Source of the DNA: Pseudomonadota bacterium
Lineage (GTDB): Bacteria > Campylobacterota > Campylobacteria > Campylobacterales > Sulfurimonadaceae
Length of the DNA: 64,000 bases
Direction of reading: 5' to 3'
Assembly: GCA_043797085.1 (NCBI GenBank)
Contig: JAZDQA010000001.1
Location: 129,004 to 193,003 of the forward strand
How positions within the stretch are numbered: the first letter of the stretch is position 1; each line of letters opens with the position of its first letter. The notes under the pieces were generated by a model. That model did not search any database and was not told the origin of the DNA. It was given only the letters and a program-made list of their open reading frames with translations. Positions 31,396 through 39,294 of the stretch are shown in pieces. The position numbers and the translations under genes are program-made.

Positions 31396-33006
31396 TTATT
31401 TTTTGCTGATCTGATCGTTGTAAAGTTTTTGATAATGTCCTAGAGCGCCCAAATCCGTTTGAAGAGATGAGAGCGTTTTTGAGTCGTCTATGATGTAGGG
31501 AGTAATCACGAGAAGCAAGTTGTCTTTTTGCGTGATCGTTGATGTGTGTTCGAAGAGCTTGCCGATATAAGGAAGCTTAGAAAGAAACGGAACGCTATCG
31601 TCCACGATTGAATCATAGGACTTTACAAAACCACCCAAAACGATAGTTTCACCGTGATGAAGTATCGAATCAGTCTTAATCTGCTGTTTCGTCGTGATCG
31701 GTTGATTGTTGGTGTCAACGCTTGGAAGAATATTTTCAATAAGCGCATCAATGCTAAGGCTAAGTTTGTCTTTACTGGCTACAAGCGGTTTAATGGTGAG
31801 CGTTAAACCAACATCGGAGCGAGAAAGAGAGTTAGAGGTTCCAGATGATCCAGTAGTGTTACCCGTGAGAAAAGAGAGGGATTTACCCACAACGATTTTT
31901 GACTCTTTGTTGTTGAGACAAAGCAACGATGGATCGGAAAGCGTTTTTGATACCCCCTCACTTTGGAGAAGATCCAATGATGCGCCAATCGTTAAGAGCT
32001 GATTTACATTGCCTAACGACGCAGTGAGTTTGGTAAGAGCCAAAGTATTAACGGGAGCAATAGCGCTTCCACCGAGATTACCAGCAAAAGTGAAAAAATT
32101 ACTTGCACTAACAATTCCTCCGTCAAGTCCATATTTTACTCCTAGTTTTGAGCTTAGATCGTTGTTGAGTTCGAGAATACGCACCTGAATATAAACCTGA
32201 TATTGTTCACGATCGAGATCCGAAATCATAGACGGAACACGTTTCATAACTTCATCATCGCCCTGGACAAAAAGAGTGTTGGAGTCCGAATTTATCGAGA
32301 TTGTAATATCTGATTTATTGTTATCACTGGAGAAAATAGATCCGAGAGTTTGAGCAACAGAAGAGACATTTGAGTTCACCAAGTGAAATGATTTAAAGGT
32401 TTGATTTTTTTGTATTGGCTTTTTGTCAATGTCGTTAATGAGACTTTTAATGAGTTTAAGATTATCGGAGAAATCGGAGACGATAAGAGCGCCATTGTCC
32501 GGAACACCAAAAGCAGAACCCGAAGCAGAGAGGAGAGAACGGACCCCCTCAAGGATTGGCAGCACGTTGGAATATTTGATATGTATGACTTTAGTACCAA
32601 ATCCTGCTGATGAGCGAGAGCCAAGATAAACGCTGTCATATTGTTTTAAATCTTTAGCATTTACGACGGTGTAATAAGAGCCGTTGTTAACGAGAGCATA
32701 ACCGTTAAGTTCAAGGGCGGATTTTAACAAAGGCAAGACGTTTTTAGATCGTATATCCATGTTAGAGAGATAATCAATAGAACCATCGAGCTTTCCGGAT
32801 ACGAGGATATTTCTACCCAAAGACTTAGAAGCAAGACGGATAAATTCATTAAGGCTCATACCATCAAGAGTACTTACCATTGGAGGCGGTGGAAGCATTG
32901 GGATCATTGGGGTGTTGATGGTTGATTTAGCGATAGGTGCAGGGGCTTTTAATTCCGCAGAATTAAGAGAAAAAGCGATTAACAACGTGAGAAGTATTTT
33001 TATCAT
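31396..33006 (-). CDS. Phage-encoded secretin (pIV / GspD-like)
   Basis: Signal peptide, N0/N-domain repeats, QVYIQVRILE, DVGLTLTIKP, GETIVLGG, VPFLSKLPYIGKLF, LVITPYII. Confidence 0.9.
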   Translation of the reverse strand: MIKILLTLLIAFSLNSAELKAPAPIAKSTINTPMIPMLPPPPMVSTLDGMSLNEFIRLASKSLGRNILVSGKLDGSIDYLSNMDIRSKNVLPLLKSALELNGYALVNNGSYYTVVNAKDLKQYDSVYLGSRSSAGFGTKVIHIKYSNVLPILEGVRSLLSASGSAFGVPDNGALIVSDFSDNLKLIKSLINDIDKKPIQKNQTFKSFHLVNSNVSSVAQTLGSIFSSDNNKSDITISINSDSNTLFVQGDDEVMKRVPSMISDLDREQYQVYIQVRILELNNDLSSKLGVKYGLDGGIVSASNFFTFAGNLGGSAIAPVNTLALTKLTASLGNVNQLLTIGASLDLLQSEGVSKTLSDPSLLCLNNKESKIVVGKSLSFLTGNTTGSSGTSNSLSRSDVGLTLTIKPLVASKDKLSLSIDALIENILPSVDTNNQPITTKQQIKTDSILHHGETIVLGGFVKSYDSIVDDSVPFLSKLPYIGKLFEHTSTITQKDNLLLVITPYIIDDSKTLSSLQTDLGALGHYQKLYNDQISKK

Positions 33007-34178
33007 TGTGTGATCCCTGCTGATTTATATACATCGCTTGATGATCCAAATGTAGATTTAGATTTTTGTGTTTGCAATAATGGAACATTCCACATCGAAA
33101 AATATCTAATATCATCCGAGGGTATAGAGAAAAGACGATCATTGTATTCAACATCAAAAACGCGAACCGTAGAGCCTGCAAGCAGTTTGGAATCAATCAT
33201 TTTTAAAGCCTCTTCAAAATATAAACGCGGAATGTAGTTTGTGACAAAAGCATTATCAACACGAGAGCAGGCAATGGCATCACAGCGAACACGCAAGAGC
33301 ATGGAGGAAGAAATAGGAGATTTTTCTACTGTTATGTTTTCATCAATAGAAGCAAATTGATTAGATTGTAAATTTTCATTTTCTACTGGATCAGGAGCTA
33401 AACGACTAAATAATAAATAAATCATTATTGCAATGAGCAAAGCACCGCCAGCAATATAGCCGATGAATTTATGCAAAATCTTTTTAGGATTGTGCATATC
33501 GCCCGACTTATAAAGCTCGAAAACAGACTGATTTACAAGAATATGATCAACATGATGAAAAGGGGTAGTTTTATAATTATCAGAGGAAAAATACTTGTAC
33601 CGAAAAGTTTTATCAGAAAAGCTTTTTTTTCGTGGCTGCGCATCGATGTAGTCTTCCACATAAGGCTTATAATAGTCAGCACTCATAAGCGTAGGAAGAT
33701 GAATAATGATTAATATATCATGACCTAAGTGTCCATGATAACCATGCCACCATTTCAAAACGGGATCAACTTTTTTAGTGTAATAACGATACGCTTCATC
33801 GATCACAAAAAAAGCAGGGGTTAATTTATGATAACGTGCATAGGTTTGCAACTCTTCATCGGGTTTATCTACCATAGCCATTTCATGCAGTTTTGTTAAG
33901 TGTTTATAGAACCATTCCCAATCTAAATAAATGGACTCTTTAACAAGCATATCATCCAAGATTAAAGGATATTTTTCTTTTAATTTGTCGTCCATAATAA
34001 GTGGATTTTTTTGTAGTTGCTCATTGACTAGATCATGTTTAAAACCGCCAATATTGCAATAAAGATATTTATGTTTTGGAAAATCGGGAGATTTTGGATC
34101 AATGAAGTTTTTTTGAATGTACCAAACAGCACGATAAGATTTACCCGAACGAGGTAAACCCGTAAAAATAGAAATCAT
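33003..34178 (-). CDS. pI/Zot-like morphogenesis ATPase
   Basis: N-terminal Walker A TGLPRSGKS, Walker B FFVIDEA, HGH motif, single TM helix, periplasmic tail. Confidence 0.92.
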   Translation of the reverse strand: MISIFTGLPRSGKSYRAVWYIQKNFIDPKSPDFPKHKYLYCNIGGFKHDLVNEQLQKNPLIMDDKLKEKYPLILDDMLVKESIYLDWEWFYKHLTKLHEMAMVDKPDEELQTYARYHKLTPAFFVIDEAYRYYTKKVDPVLKWWHGYHGHLGHDILIIIHLPTLMSADYYKPYVEDYIDAQPRKKSFSDKTFRYKYFSSDNYKTTPFHHVDHILVNQSVFELYKSGDMHNPKKILHKFIGYIAGGALLIAIMIYLLFSRLAPDPVENENLQSNQFASIDENITVEKSPISSSMLLRVRCDAIACSRVDNAFVTNYIPRLYFEEALKMIDSKLLAGSTVRVFDVEYNDRLFSIPSDDIRYFSMWNVPLLQTQKSKSTFGSSSDVYKSAGITQ

Positions 34179-34477
34179 GTTGAGCGGATAAACGCAAGAA
34201 CTTGTTTAGCACCAAATCCCGCGACAATGATAGTTAAAAACAATGCAAGACCTTGCAAAACACCTAGTTGTATAGCCATAACCAAAAGACCATTAGAAAC
34301 GATGTAAGGCTTAACAAGATCAACCATGAAATGAAAAGCATAAGTGACAAGCCCAGTGAAAATAGCGAAGATCATCATTTTTAAAACAAAAGGATGTTTA
34401 ACCAAAAATACAAAAACAGAAGTTAAGAAAGAGATAACGGGGGCAAGCCAAGGGACGAAAGCAAGTAAAGCGGGCAT
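34175..34477 (-). CDS. pVI-like minor coat protein
   Basis: 100 aa, highly hydrophobic, canonical position between the pIII-like and pI genes. Confidence 0.75.
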   Translation of the reverse strand: MPALLAFVPWLAPVISFLTSVFVFLVKHPFVLKMMIFAIFTGLVTYAFHFMVDLVKPYIVSNGLLVMAIQLGVLQGLALFLTIIVAGFGAKQVLAFIRST

Positions 34478-34479
34478 TT

Positions 34480-36141
34480 TTAAACTCCTGAAAATACAAC
34501 AATAAAGCCCGCAATAGCAGACATTAAAAGAAATAAACCACGAATAAGATCAAGAGGTAATTTATTTAATAACTCTTGATCCATAATCACAAAATAATGA
34601 CCTAATATAGTGAAGCCATAAGTAGGGAGTGAAGAAGCAGAACACAAATTATTAAGACCGAGTGGATCGGTAAACACAAAACCATCAAGTGAGTTTTTAG
34701 CGTCATTGCCAAGAGCATCAAAGGTACTATGCCCGTCAGCATCCGAACCAGTAGCGCGGGAAGTATCAACACTATCAGTATTTTTAAACATTCCTAAAAT
34801 CTTGTCTAAAAAACTTGATGAATCACCCGTATTTTTCTTAATGTCATTTAAAACGCCTGTGTAATCGGGACCGTTGCCAGTAGAGCCACCAGTGCCAGCG
34901 CCAGTGCCACCAGTGCCGGAAGTTGTAGGAGAGGATACAACAGTGCCACCATTAGCACCGGAAACAGTAGGAGCAACGGTTGGATCATTTGGGGTTGTTG
35001 TTACTGTGCCGTCGGGGTTTTGAGTGACAGTAATGGGGGTTGTTTTTGTGGTAGTGATCGGGTTTGAGCTAGTGGAACCAGTAGAATGGGTTGTGGTTGT
35101 GGCGGTACCAGTATTATAATCGTATTTGGTTGTTTGAGTACCATCGAGATTAATAGGAGCCGTTAATGATCCATCAGCTGTATTGACTGAAGTAGATGAA
35201 TTTAATTGTGTCATAACAGCAGGTGGGATCGTTGATACTTCATCAACTTTACCCGTCGTTGTATCAGTTTTTGAAACAATTGCAGGAGAATTGCCATAAA
35301 AATATTCCCAGTCATGTGCAGGTTCTGTGGCAGTTGCATGAGTGAAAACAGGAGCACCTCCAGCAGAATCAGGGGCAGGAGTTGGATTGGTTTTGGTAGG
35401 AGTTGGAGCGGGAACGGGTTTGACTTTATTGTCGACAGGATCTTTAAAAGATACTTTTAATCTATTATCACCTTGAATGGTATCCATAGAAGGTGGAGTA
35501 GAAGAACCATAGTTTTGAAGAGCAGAAAATCCAACCATAGTCGCACCTAAACCAGTAGCCCAAGCTCCAGCACCAATAGCAGGATAAGACATTCCCCCAG
35601 TAAAAGGAAGAGCGAGAACCCCACCAGCAGAAAGAGCAACACCACCAATTACAGCAAGAGAACCGACAACAGCAAATGGATCTGAAGCAATTTTTTTCCA
35701 AGCCTCAGCACCACCATTACACGAACCGTCAGCAAAATAATATCCGCCCGCAGCATCACAACCCGCAGGATCGTTGTTGTAATCGTTCATAGGATCGGAG
35801 GATGGAGTAGGTGGAAAATCAGGTCCACATCCATGAGCGTTCATAGTAGTGCCAGCAGGACAAGAAGGAGGAACACAAACGTCATTATTATTTGGAGCGG
35901 TATTAGCAGGGCATACATCATCATAGCAATTTATATGCAGAGCATTACACGATAATAAAGAACCGGGTTGGACTATATATTGATCCCAATATAAAAAATT
36001 ACCATTATTATAATTATACATAGAGCATGACTCGCCCTCTTGTAAAGAGCCATAATCAATAATCATTGTTTGGTCGCAAATTGAAGAAGCAAACGCCGAA
36101 GAAGCAAAAAGCAATGAAGCAAGTATTATTGATTTACGCAT
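34480..36141 (-). CDS. pIII-like adsorption protein
   Basis: Signal peptide, Cys-rich N-domain, Pro/Thr/Gly-rich linkers (TSGTGGTGAGTGGSTG), C-terminal TM anchor. Confidence 0.78.
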   Translation of the reverse strand: MRKSIILASLLFASSAFASSICDQTMIIDYGSLQEGESCSMYNYNNGNFLYWDQYIVQPGSLLSCNALHINCYDDVCPANTAPNNNDVCVPPSCPAGTTMNAHGCGPDFPPTPSSDPMNDYNNDPAGCDAAGGYYFADGSCNGGAEAWKKIASDPFAVVGSLAVIGGVALSAGGVLALPFTGGMSYPAIGAGAWATGLGATMVGFSALQNYGSSTPPSMDTIQGDNRLKVSFKDPVDNKVKPVPAPTPTKTNPTPAPDSAGGAPVFTHATATEPAHDWEYFYGNSPAIVSKTDTTTGKVDEVSTIPPAVMTQLNSSTSVNTADGSLTAPINLDGTQTTKYDYNTGTATTTTHSTGSTSSNPITTTKTTPITVTQNPDGTVTTTPNDPTVAPTVSGANGGTVVSSPTTSGTGGTGAGTGGSTGNGPDYTGVLNDIKKNTGDSSSFLDKILGMFKNTDSVDTSRATGSDADGHSTFDALGNDAKNSLDGFVFTDPLGLNNLCSASSLPTYGFTILGHYFVIMDQELLNKLPLDLIRGLFLLMSAIAGFIVVFSGV

Positions 36142-36295
36142 GATAAGAGTCTTTTTTTAAAAGCCATTTTTGACGGCATTTTTCATCATATTCAGGGGTA
36201 TAATAAAAATCAACGAGTTTATTAATACCTTTAAAGATGGCGTAAACGCTTATTAAGAACGATATGATTATCAGCATTAAAAAGAGTTGCATCAT
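36134..36295 (-). CDS. Small membrane protein (53 aa; pVII/pIX-like candidate), absent from the ORF track
   Basis: MMQLFLMLIIISFLISVYAIFKGINKLVDFYYTPEYDEKCRQKWLLKKDSYHA; AAGGA RBS; overlaps both neighbours. Confidence 0.6.
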   Translation of the reverse strand: MMQLFLMLIIISFLISVYAIFKGINKLVDFYYTPEYDEKCRQKWLLKKDSYHA

Positions 36296-36423
36296 CTATG
36301 ATCCTTTATAACTTGTAAAGCCAAAGTGCCTATAAAAAATAATAAGCCAGCGGATGCAGTAATCGAAAAGAAAAAATCAAAAGCGGGATCACCAGTAAAA
36401 TTAAAAACTAAAAATTTAGTCAT
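36292..36423 (-). CDS. Small membrane protein (43 aa; pVII/pIX-like candidate), absent from the ORF track
   Basis: MTKFLVFNFTGDPAFDFFFSITASAGLLFFIGTLALQVIKDHR; ATGA overlaps at both ends. Confidence 0.6.
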   Translation of the reverse strand: MTKFLVFNFTGDPAFDFFFSITASAGLLFFIGTLALQVIKDHR

Positions 36424-36617
36424 TGTAATTTCCAAAGAAACAAGCCAAAAAGAAAACCAGTTAAAAGACCGGCATAAGACATAGAAGTCTCATAATTAGC
36501 AGTAGACATACCTAAATCGCTTGCACGTTGTGAAGGTTTAGTCATATCTTTATAAGCAAAAGCAGACGGAGCAAAAACCGCCCCGACGATGACAAAAGAT
36601 AAAAATAATTTTTTCAT
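36420..36617 (-). CDS. Signal-peptide-bearing small virion-like protein
   Basis: MKKLFLSFVIVGAVFAPSAFA signal peptide, then 44 aa with a C-terminal TM. Confidence 0.6.
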   Translation of the reverse strand: MKKLFLSFVIVGAVFAPSAFAYKDMTKPSQRASDLGMSTANYETSMSYAGLLTGFLFGLFLWKLQ

Positions 36618-36627
36618 TAAAAACCGT

Positions 36628-36867
36628 TCAATACTTAAATTTTTTGCCATCAATATAAAATTCTCCACTACCATCATCAGAAGTTAAAAGACGAGTAATC
36701 ATTTTATAACCAAATGAAATTATCAATACTCCCAATATGATAATAAAAACGATTGCCATATCTGTTAAAATTGATGATGAATTAACATCCGCTGAAACAA
36801 GAGCAGCAGATGCAAAAGGAGAGAAAACCGCCCCTAAAATAAAAAATGAAAGGGCAAGTTTTTTCAC
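36628..36867 (-). CDS. Major-coat (pVIII)-like paralog 2 with C-terminal extension
   Basis: GTG start; signal peptide, then ALVSADVNSSSILTDMAIVFIIILGVLIISFGYKMITR, colinear with 36872-37072. Confidence 0.7.
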   Translation of the reverse strand: MKKLALSFFILGAVFSPFASAALVSADVNSSSILTDMAIVFIIILGVLIISFGYKMITRLLTSDDGSGEFYIDGKKFKY

Positions 36868-36871
36868 GGGA

Positions 36872-37072
36872 TTAACCGATTTGCTTTTTGATCATGCGAT
36901 AACCGAAACCGATTACCAATACACCAAGAATAGCAACAAAAACGATACCCATGTCAGCAGTAGCAGAAGACATAGAAACGTCAGCAGCAGTTAGAGCAGC
37001 AGAAGCATTTTGAGCAGAAGCAACAACGATAACACCAGCGGCGATTAAGCCTTTTTTTACATTTGGTAACAT
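36872..37072 (-). CDS. Major coat protein (pVIII-like) precursor
   Basis: AAGGA RBS; ASA/A signal cleavage; 41-aa mature peptide with acidic N-terminus, TM helix and basic C-terminus (YRMIKKQIG). Confidence 0.82.
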   Translation of the reverse strand: MLPNVKKGLIAAGVIVVASAQNASAALTAADVSMSSATADMGIVFVAILGVLVIGFGYRMIKKQIG

Positions 37073-37140
37073 TTTGACATCCTTGTCAATATAAGATAAT
37101 GGGCTTACAAAAGCGCGGGGAGCGGTTAATGCCAACATCG

Positions 37141-37581
37141 TTATGACTTAGGTGTTTGAGCTTTGTTAAGCTCAACGGCGATTTTTACGTCTTGGTTATA
37201 AATCTCTTTAGCGGAATATATGGATACGCAGTTGTAATCTTCGCCACGTTTTAGGAACGGTTGACGATCTTTGATTGCTACGATATCGACATCACGGTCG
37301 GGCATTGTTGTTTCAACGAAGAACGGTGTTTTTGTGGAACGGCATTTAAGAAGATATTCTGAAAGCTGTTTAAGTTCTTCCATGTTGTCGCAGTTAATAC
37401 GGATATTAAGAGACTCAACGGTTTCTTTAAAGCCCATTTCCTCATCGGGTGTCATCATGACGTTACGGGTGTTTATTGTGACGTTGAAAGACGTTTTTTC
37501 TTTGTTACTGTAAGGTTTGATTGCGATGATTTCATCAACAACGACTTTAGGGATAAAACCTCTTGAAACTACTTGACTCAT
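37141..37581 (-). CDS. Prophage protein, possible ssDNA-binding (pV-like by position only)
   Basis: AGGAG RBS; soluble, apparently beta-rich; lies immediately upstream of the coat genes. Confidence 0.5.
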   Translation of the reverse strand: MSQVVSRGFIPKVVVDEIIAIKPYSNKEKTSFNVTINTRNVMMTPDEEMGFKETVESLNIRINCDNMEELKQLSEYLLKCRSTKTPFFVETTMPDRDVDIVAIKDRQPFLKRGEDYNCVSIYSAKEIYNQDVKIAVELNKAQTPKS

Positions 37582-37748
37582 TTTTTCACTCCTAATTTAA
37601 AAAAGTTTTTTTGCTTTGTTTCCTGATGATTAACGTCCCCGGAGTGAAAGCAAGGAGGACGGCTGACTTACAGACTCACCGAGGTGAGAAATGCAACTGG
37701 GTTAAAGAGAAAACTGCAATTGATGATTTGAATATGAGACAAATGCCG

Positions 37749-37991
37749 TCATACCGTTATGAGTAACTTTTTTTGGAATTTTCCAAGATCAATAGCAAAA
37801 TAAAGAGGTTGAAAAAAACGAACAAATTTAAATTTGATTCGTTTGAGGTTTTTAATAAACGGAGATTCGTTATAATAGATAAAAGCGTTTCCAGTACATT
37901 GAAATAATGGGGAAACGGGGAGTGAAAGACCTGCTTTATTTTCTTTAGTCGATCTACCGAGAGGTAAGGTTTGGCGAGTTTCTTTTTTCAT
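37749..37991 (-). CDS. Basic prophage hypothetical protein (first gene of the leftward operon)
   Basis: GGAGTGAAAGCCATG start context identical to that of rep; coding status uncertain. Confidence 0.4.
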   Translation of the reverse strand: MKKETRQTLPLGRSTKENKAGLSLPVSPLFQCTGNAFIYYNESPFIKNLKRIKFKFVRFFQPLYFAIDLGKFQKKLLITV

Positions 37992-38006
37992 GGCTTTCAC
38001 TCCGTT

Positions 38007-38097
38007 TTGTAAATATTACTTATTTAATCTTTTAAATGGTAACAGTTACAATATTAAAGAAAGCTGAATATTACGAGCAATTTTGTAATATTTACAA
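38007..38097. promoter_or_regulatory. Putative repressor operators in the divergent promoter region
   Basis: 13-bp inverted pair ttgtaaatattac (38007-38019) / gtaatatttacaa (38085-38097) plus partial aatatta copies. Confidence 0.5.
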
Positions 38098-38126
38098 TAA
38101 ATATTAATTTAATTGAAAGATTTACA

Positions 38127-38330
38127 ATGACAAAAGAAGAATTAGCGGATGAGCTAGGTGTATCACTGAAAACTCTTTACAATTGGGAGAAAGAAAAACC
38201 CGGACTTGTAAAACTCATAAACCTTGGTTTAACAATGGAAGACCAAATAGATGAAGCCGAAAAACACTTAGAAAAACTCAAAGCGATTAGAGACAAAGCT
38301 ACCAGTAGCAATAAATTTAAGTTGAAGTAG
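38127..38330 (+). CDS. HTH (XRE/Cro-like) transcriptional regulator, probable prophage repressor
   Basis: TKEELADELGVSLKTLYNWE helix-turn-helix; divergent from the structural operon. Confidence 0.85.
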   Translation: MTKEELADELGVSLKTLYNWEKEKPGLVKLINLGLTMEDQIDEAEKHLEKLKAIRDKATSSNKFKLK

Positions 38331-38335
38331 AGACG

Positions 38336-39055
38336 ATGGGATTTGTAATATTTTTTATCTTTGTAACTATCATCGCATCTACACTAGCAATATTACTAGC
38401 AGGGAAAAAAGAGACTTATGAAAATAGACAAATTAAAATAAAAAAACAAAATTTTACTGCACCTATCGATCGTGATAGGTATTTAAAAAATCTTGAAAGA
38501 AACAAAGCAGCAGGAAGAGAATTATTAGAAAAAAAATATCCTGATATAAAATATATTGAAACACCTATCATAGTTGATGAAAAAATACAATTTAGAGAAG
38601 TTAAAGAAATCAAAAAACAAGAATCTGAATTCAAACCATATACAGATGATGAAAAAAAAGCATGGGGAGAAAAAAAACAAGAGAAAAAAGAAAAAGGCGC
38701 ACTCTATGAAGCATTTGTCGCAGAACACTACCGATCATTAGGATATGAAGTCATAGAGCATGGAAAAATAAAAGGAAAAAAAGATGGTGGCATTGATTTA
38801 ATCGCCAAAAATATGGAAGAAGTGATTATGATCCAATGCAAGAACTGGAGAGCTGGAAGCAAATATACAATCAATCACGCAATGATAAGTGCATTTGTAG
38901 GAAATGTTGCAATGTTCATTGCAAAAAATACTGAATATGAAAAATATATGATTAAGAGAGTTTATGCAATTTCAGAAGAAATTCTAGATAAATCAGCATT
39001 GGCGCGTATCAAAGATAATAAAGAAATGGTAATGTATCAACACATACCGTTTTAA
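38336..39055 (+). CDS. Membrane-anchored Mrr-like (PD-(D/E)xK) restriction endonuclease
   Basis: N-terminal TM; YEAFVAEHY...DGGIDLIA...IQCK Mrr catalytic-domain signature. Confidence 0.8.
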   Translation: MGFVIFFIFVTIIASTLAILLAGKKETYENRQIKIKKQNFTAPIDRDRYLKNLERNKAAGRELLEKKYPDIKYIETPIIVDEKIQFREVKEIKKQESEFKPYTDDEKKAWGEKKQEKKEKGALYEAFVAEHYRSLGYEVIEHGKIKGKKDGGIDLIAKNMEEVIMIQCKNWRAGSKYTINHAMISAFVGNVAMFIAKNTEYEKYMIKRVYAISEEILDKSALARIKDNKEMVMYQHIPF

Positions 39056-39070
39056 AGATAGTAATCCAAA

Positions 39071-39085
39071 GGGGTGACTAGCCCC
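39071..39085. terminator. Hairpin between convergent transcripts (possible bidirectional terminator)
   Basis: gggg-tgactag-cccc with aaa on the left and a T-rich tract on the right. Confidence 0.4.
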
Positions 39086-39096
39086 AATGTTTTTGA

Positions 39097-39159
39097 TTAA
39101 TGAAGAATAGGCGCGAAAGCCATCAACACTAAAAAGATTACTACGACTTTGTAATTCAA
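39097..39159 (-). CDS. 20-aa hydrophobic peptide, candidate type I toxin (Ibs-like in size and hydrophobicity)
   Basis: TTG start 8 nt after AGAAGGGA; (M)NYKVVVIFLVLMAFAPILH*. Confidence 0.55.
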   Translation of the reverse strand: MNYKVVVIFLVLMAFAPILH

Positions 39160-39211
39160 GGGGAACGTCCCTTCTATGAGTTCCCACCCACCCCATCCTA
39201 GCCATGAAGGC

Positions 39212-39246
39212 AAAAAAAAAGGGAGACAGCCCGAAAGCTATCCCCC
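39212..39246 (-). terminator. Intrinsic terminator
   Basis: gggggatagc-tttcgg-gctgtctccc followed by T9 on the minus strand. Confidence 0.8.
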
Positions 39247-39294
39247 TACTCATATATTCGCTAGTCAGGCGAAAAGGTTGTTCCCTTGAATACA
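39212..39294 (-). ncRNA. Candidate ~80-nt small RNA (putative antitoxin)
   Basis: TTGATA-16-TATCAT promoter with extended TG (39301-39328), internal hairpin ttcgc-ctgacta-gcgaa, strong terminator with T9. Confidence 0.55.

Noticed and set aside
31396..33006. Host type II secretion system
   Set aside because: No gspE/F/G/L/M nearby; the gene lies inside the att-bounded prophage next to pI
33003..34178. Zot as an enterotoxin
   Set aside because: The context is a complete filamentous-phage morphogenesis module; only the pI ATPase role is supported
34860..35110. Short repeats (gtgccaccagtgcc etc.) as a CRISPR or tandem array
   Set aside because: They encode Gly/Thr linkers of the pIII-like protein; no repeat-spacer periodicity or cas genes were seen in the window
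37611..37653. Hammerhead-ribozyme-like words CTGATGA ... GAAA with ttgcttt/aaagcaa pairing
   Set aside because: No room for stem I and no convincing stem II; it is also antisense to the operon, so it is better explained as part of the minus-strand leader
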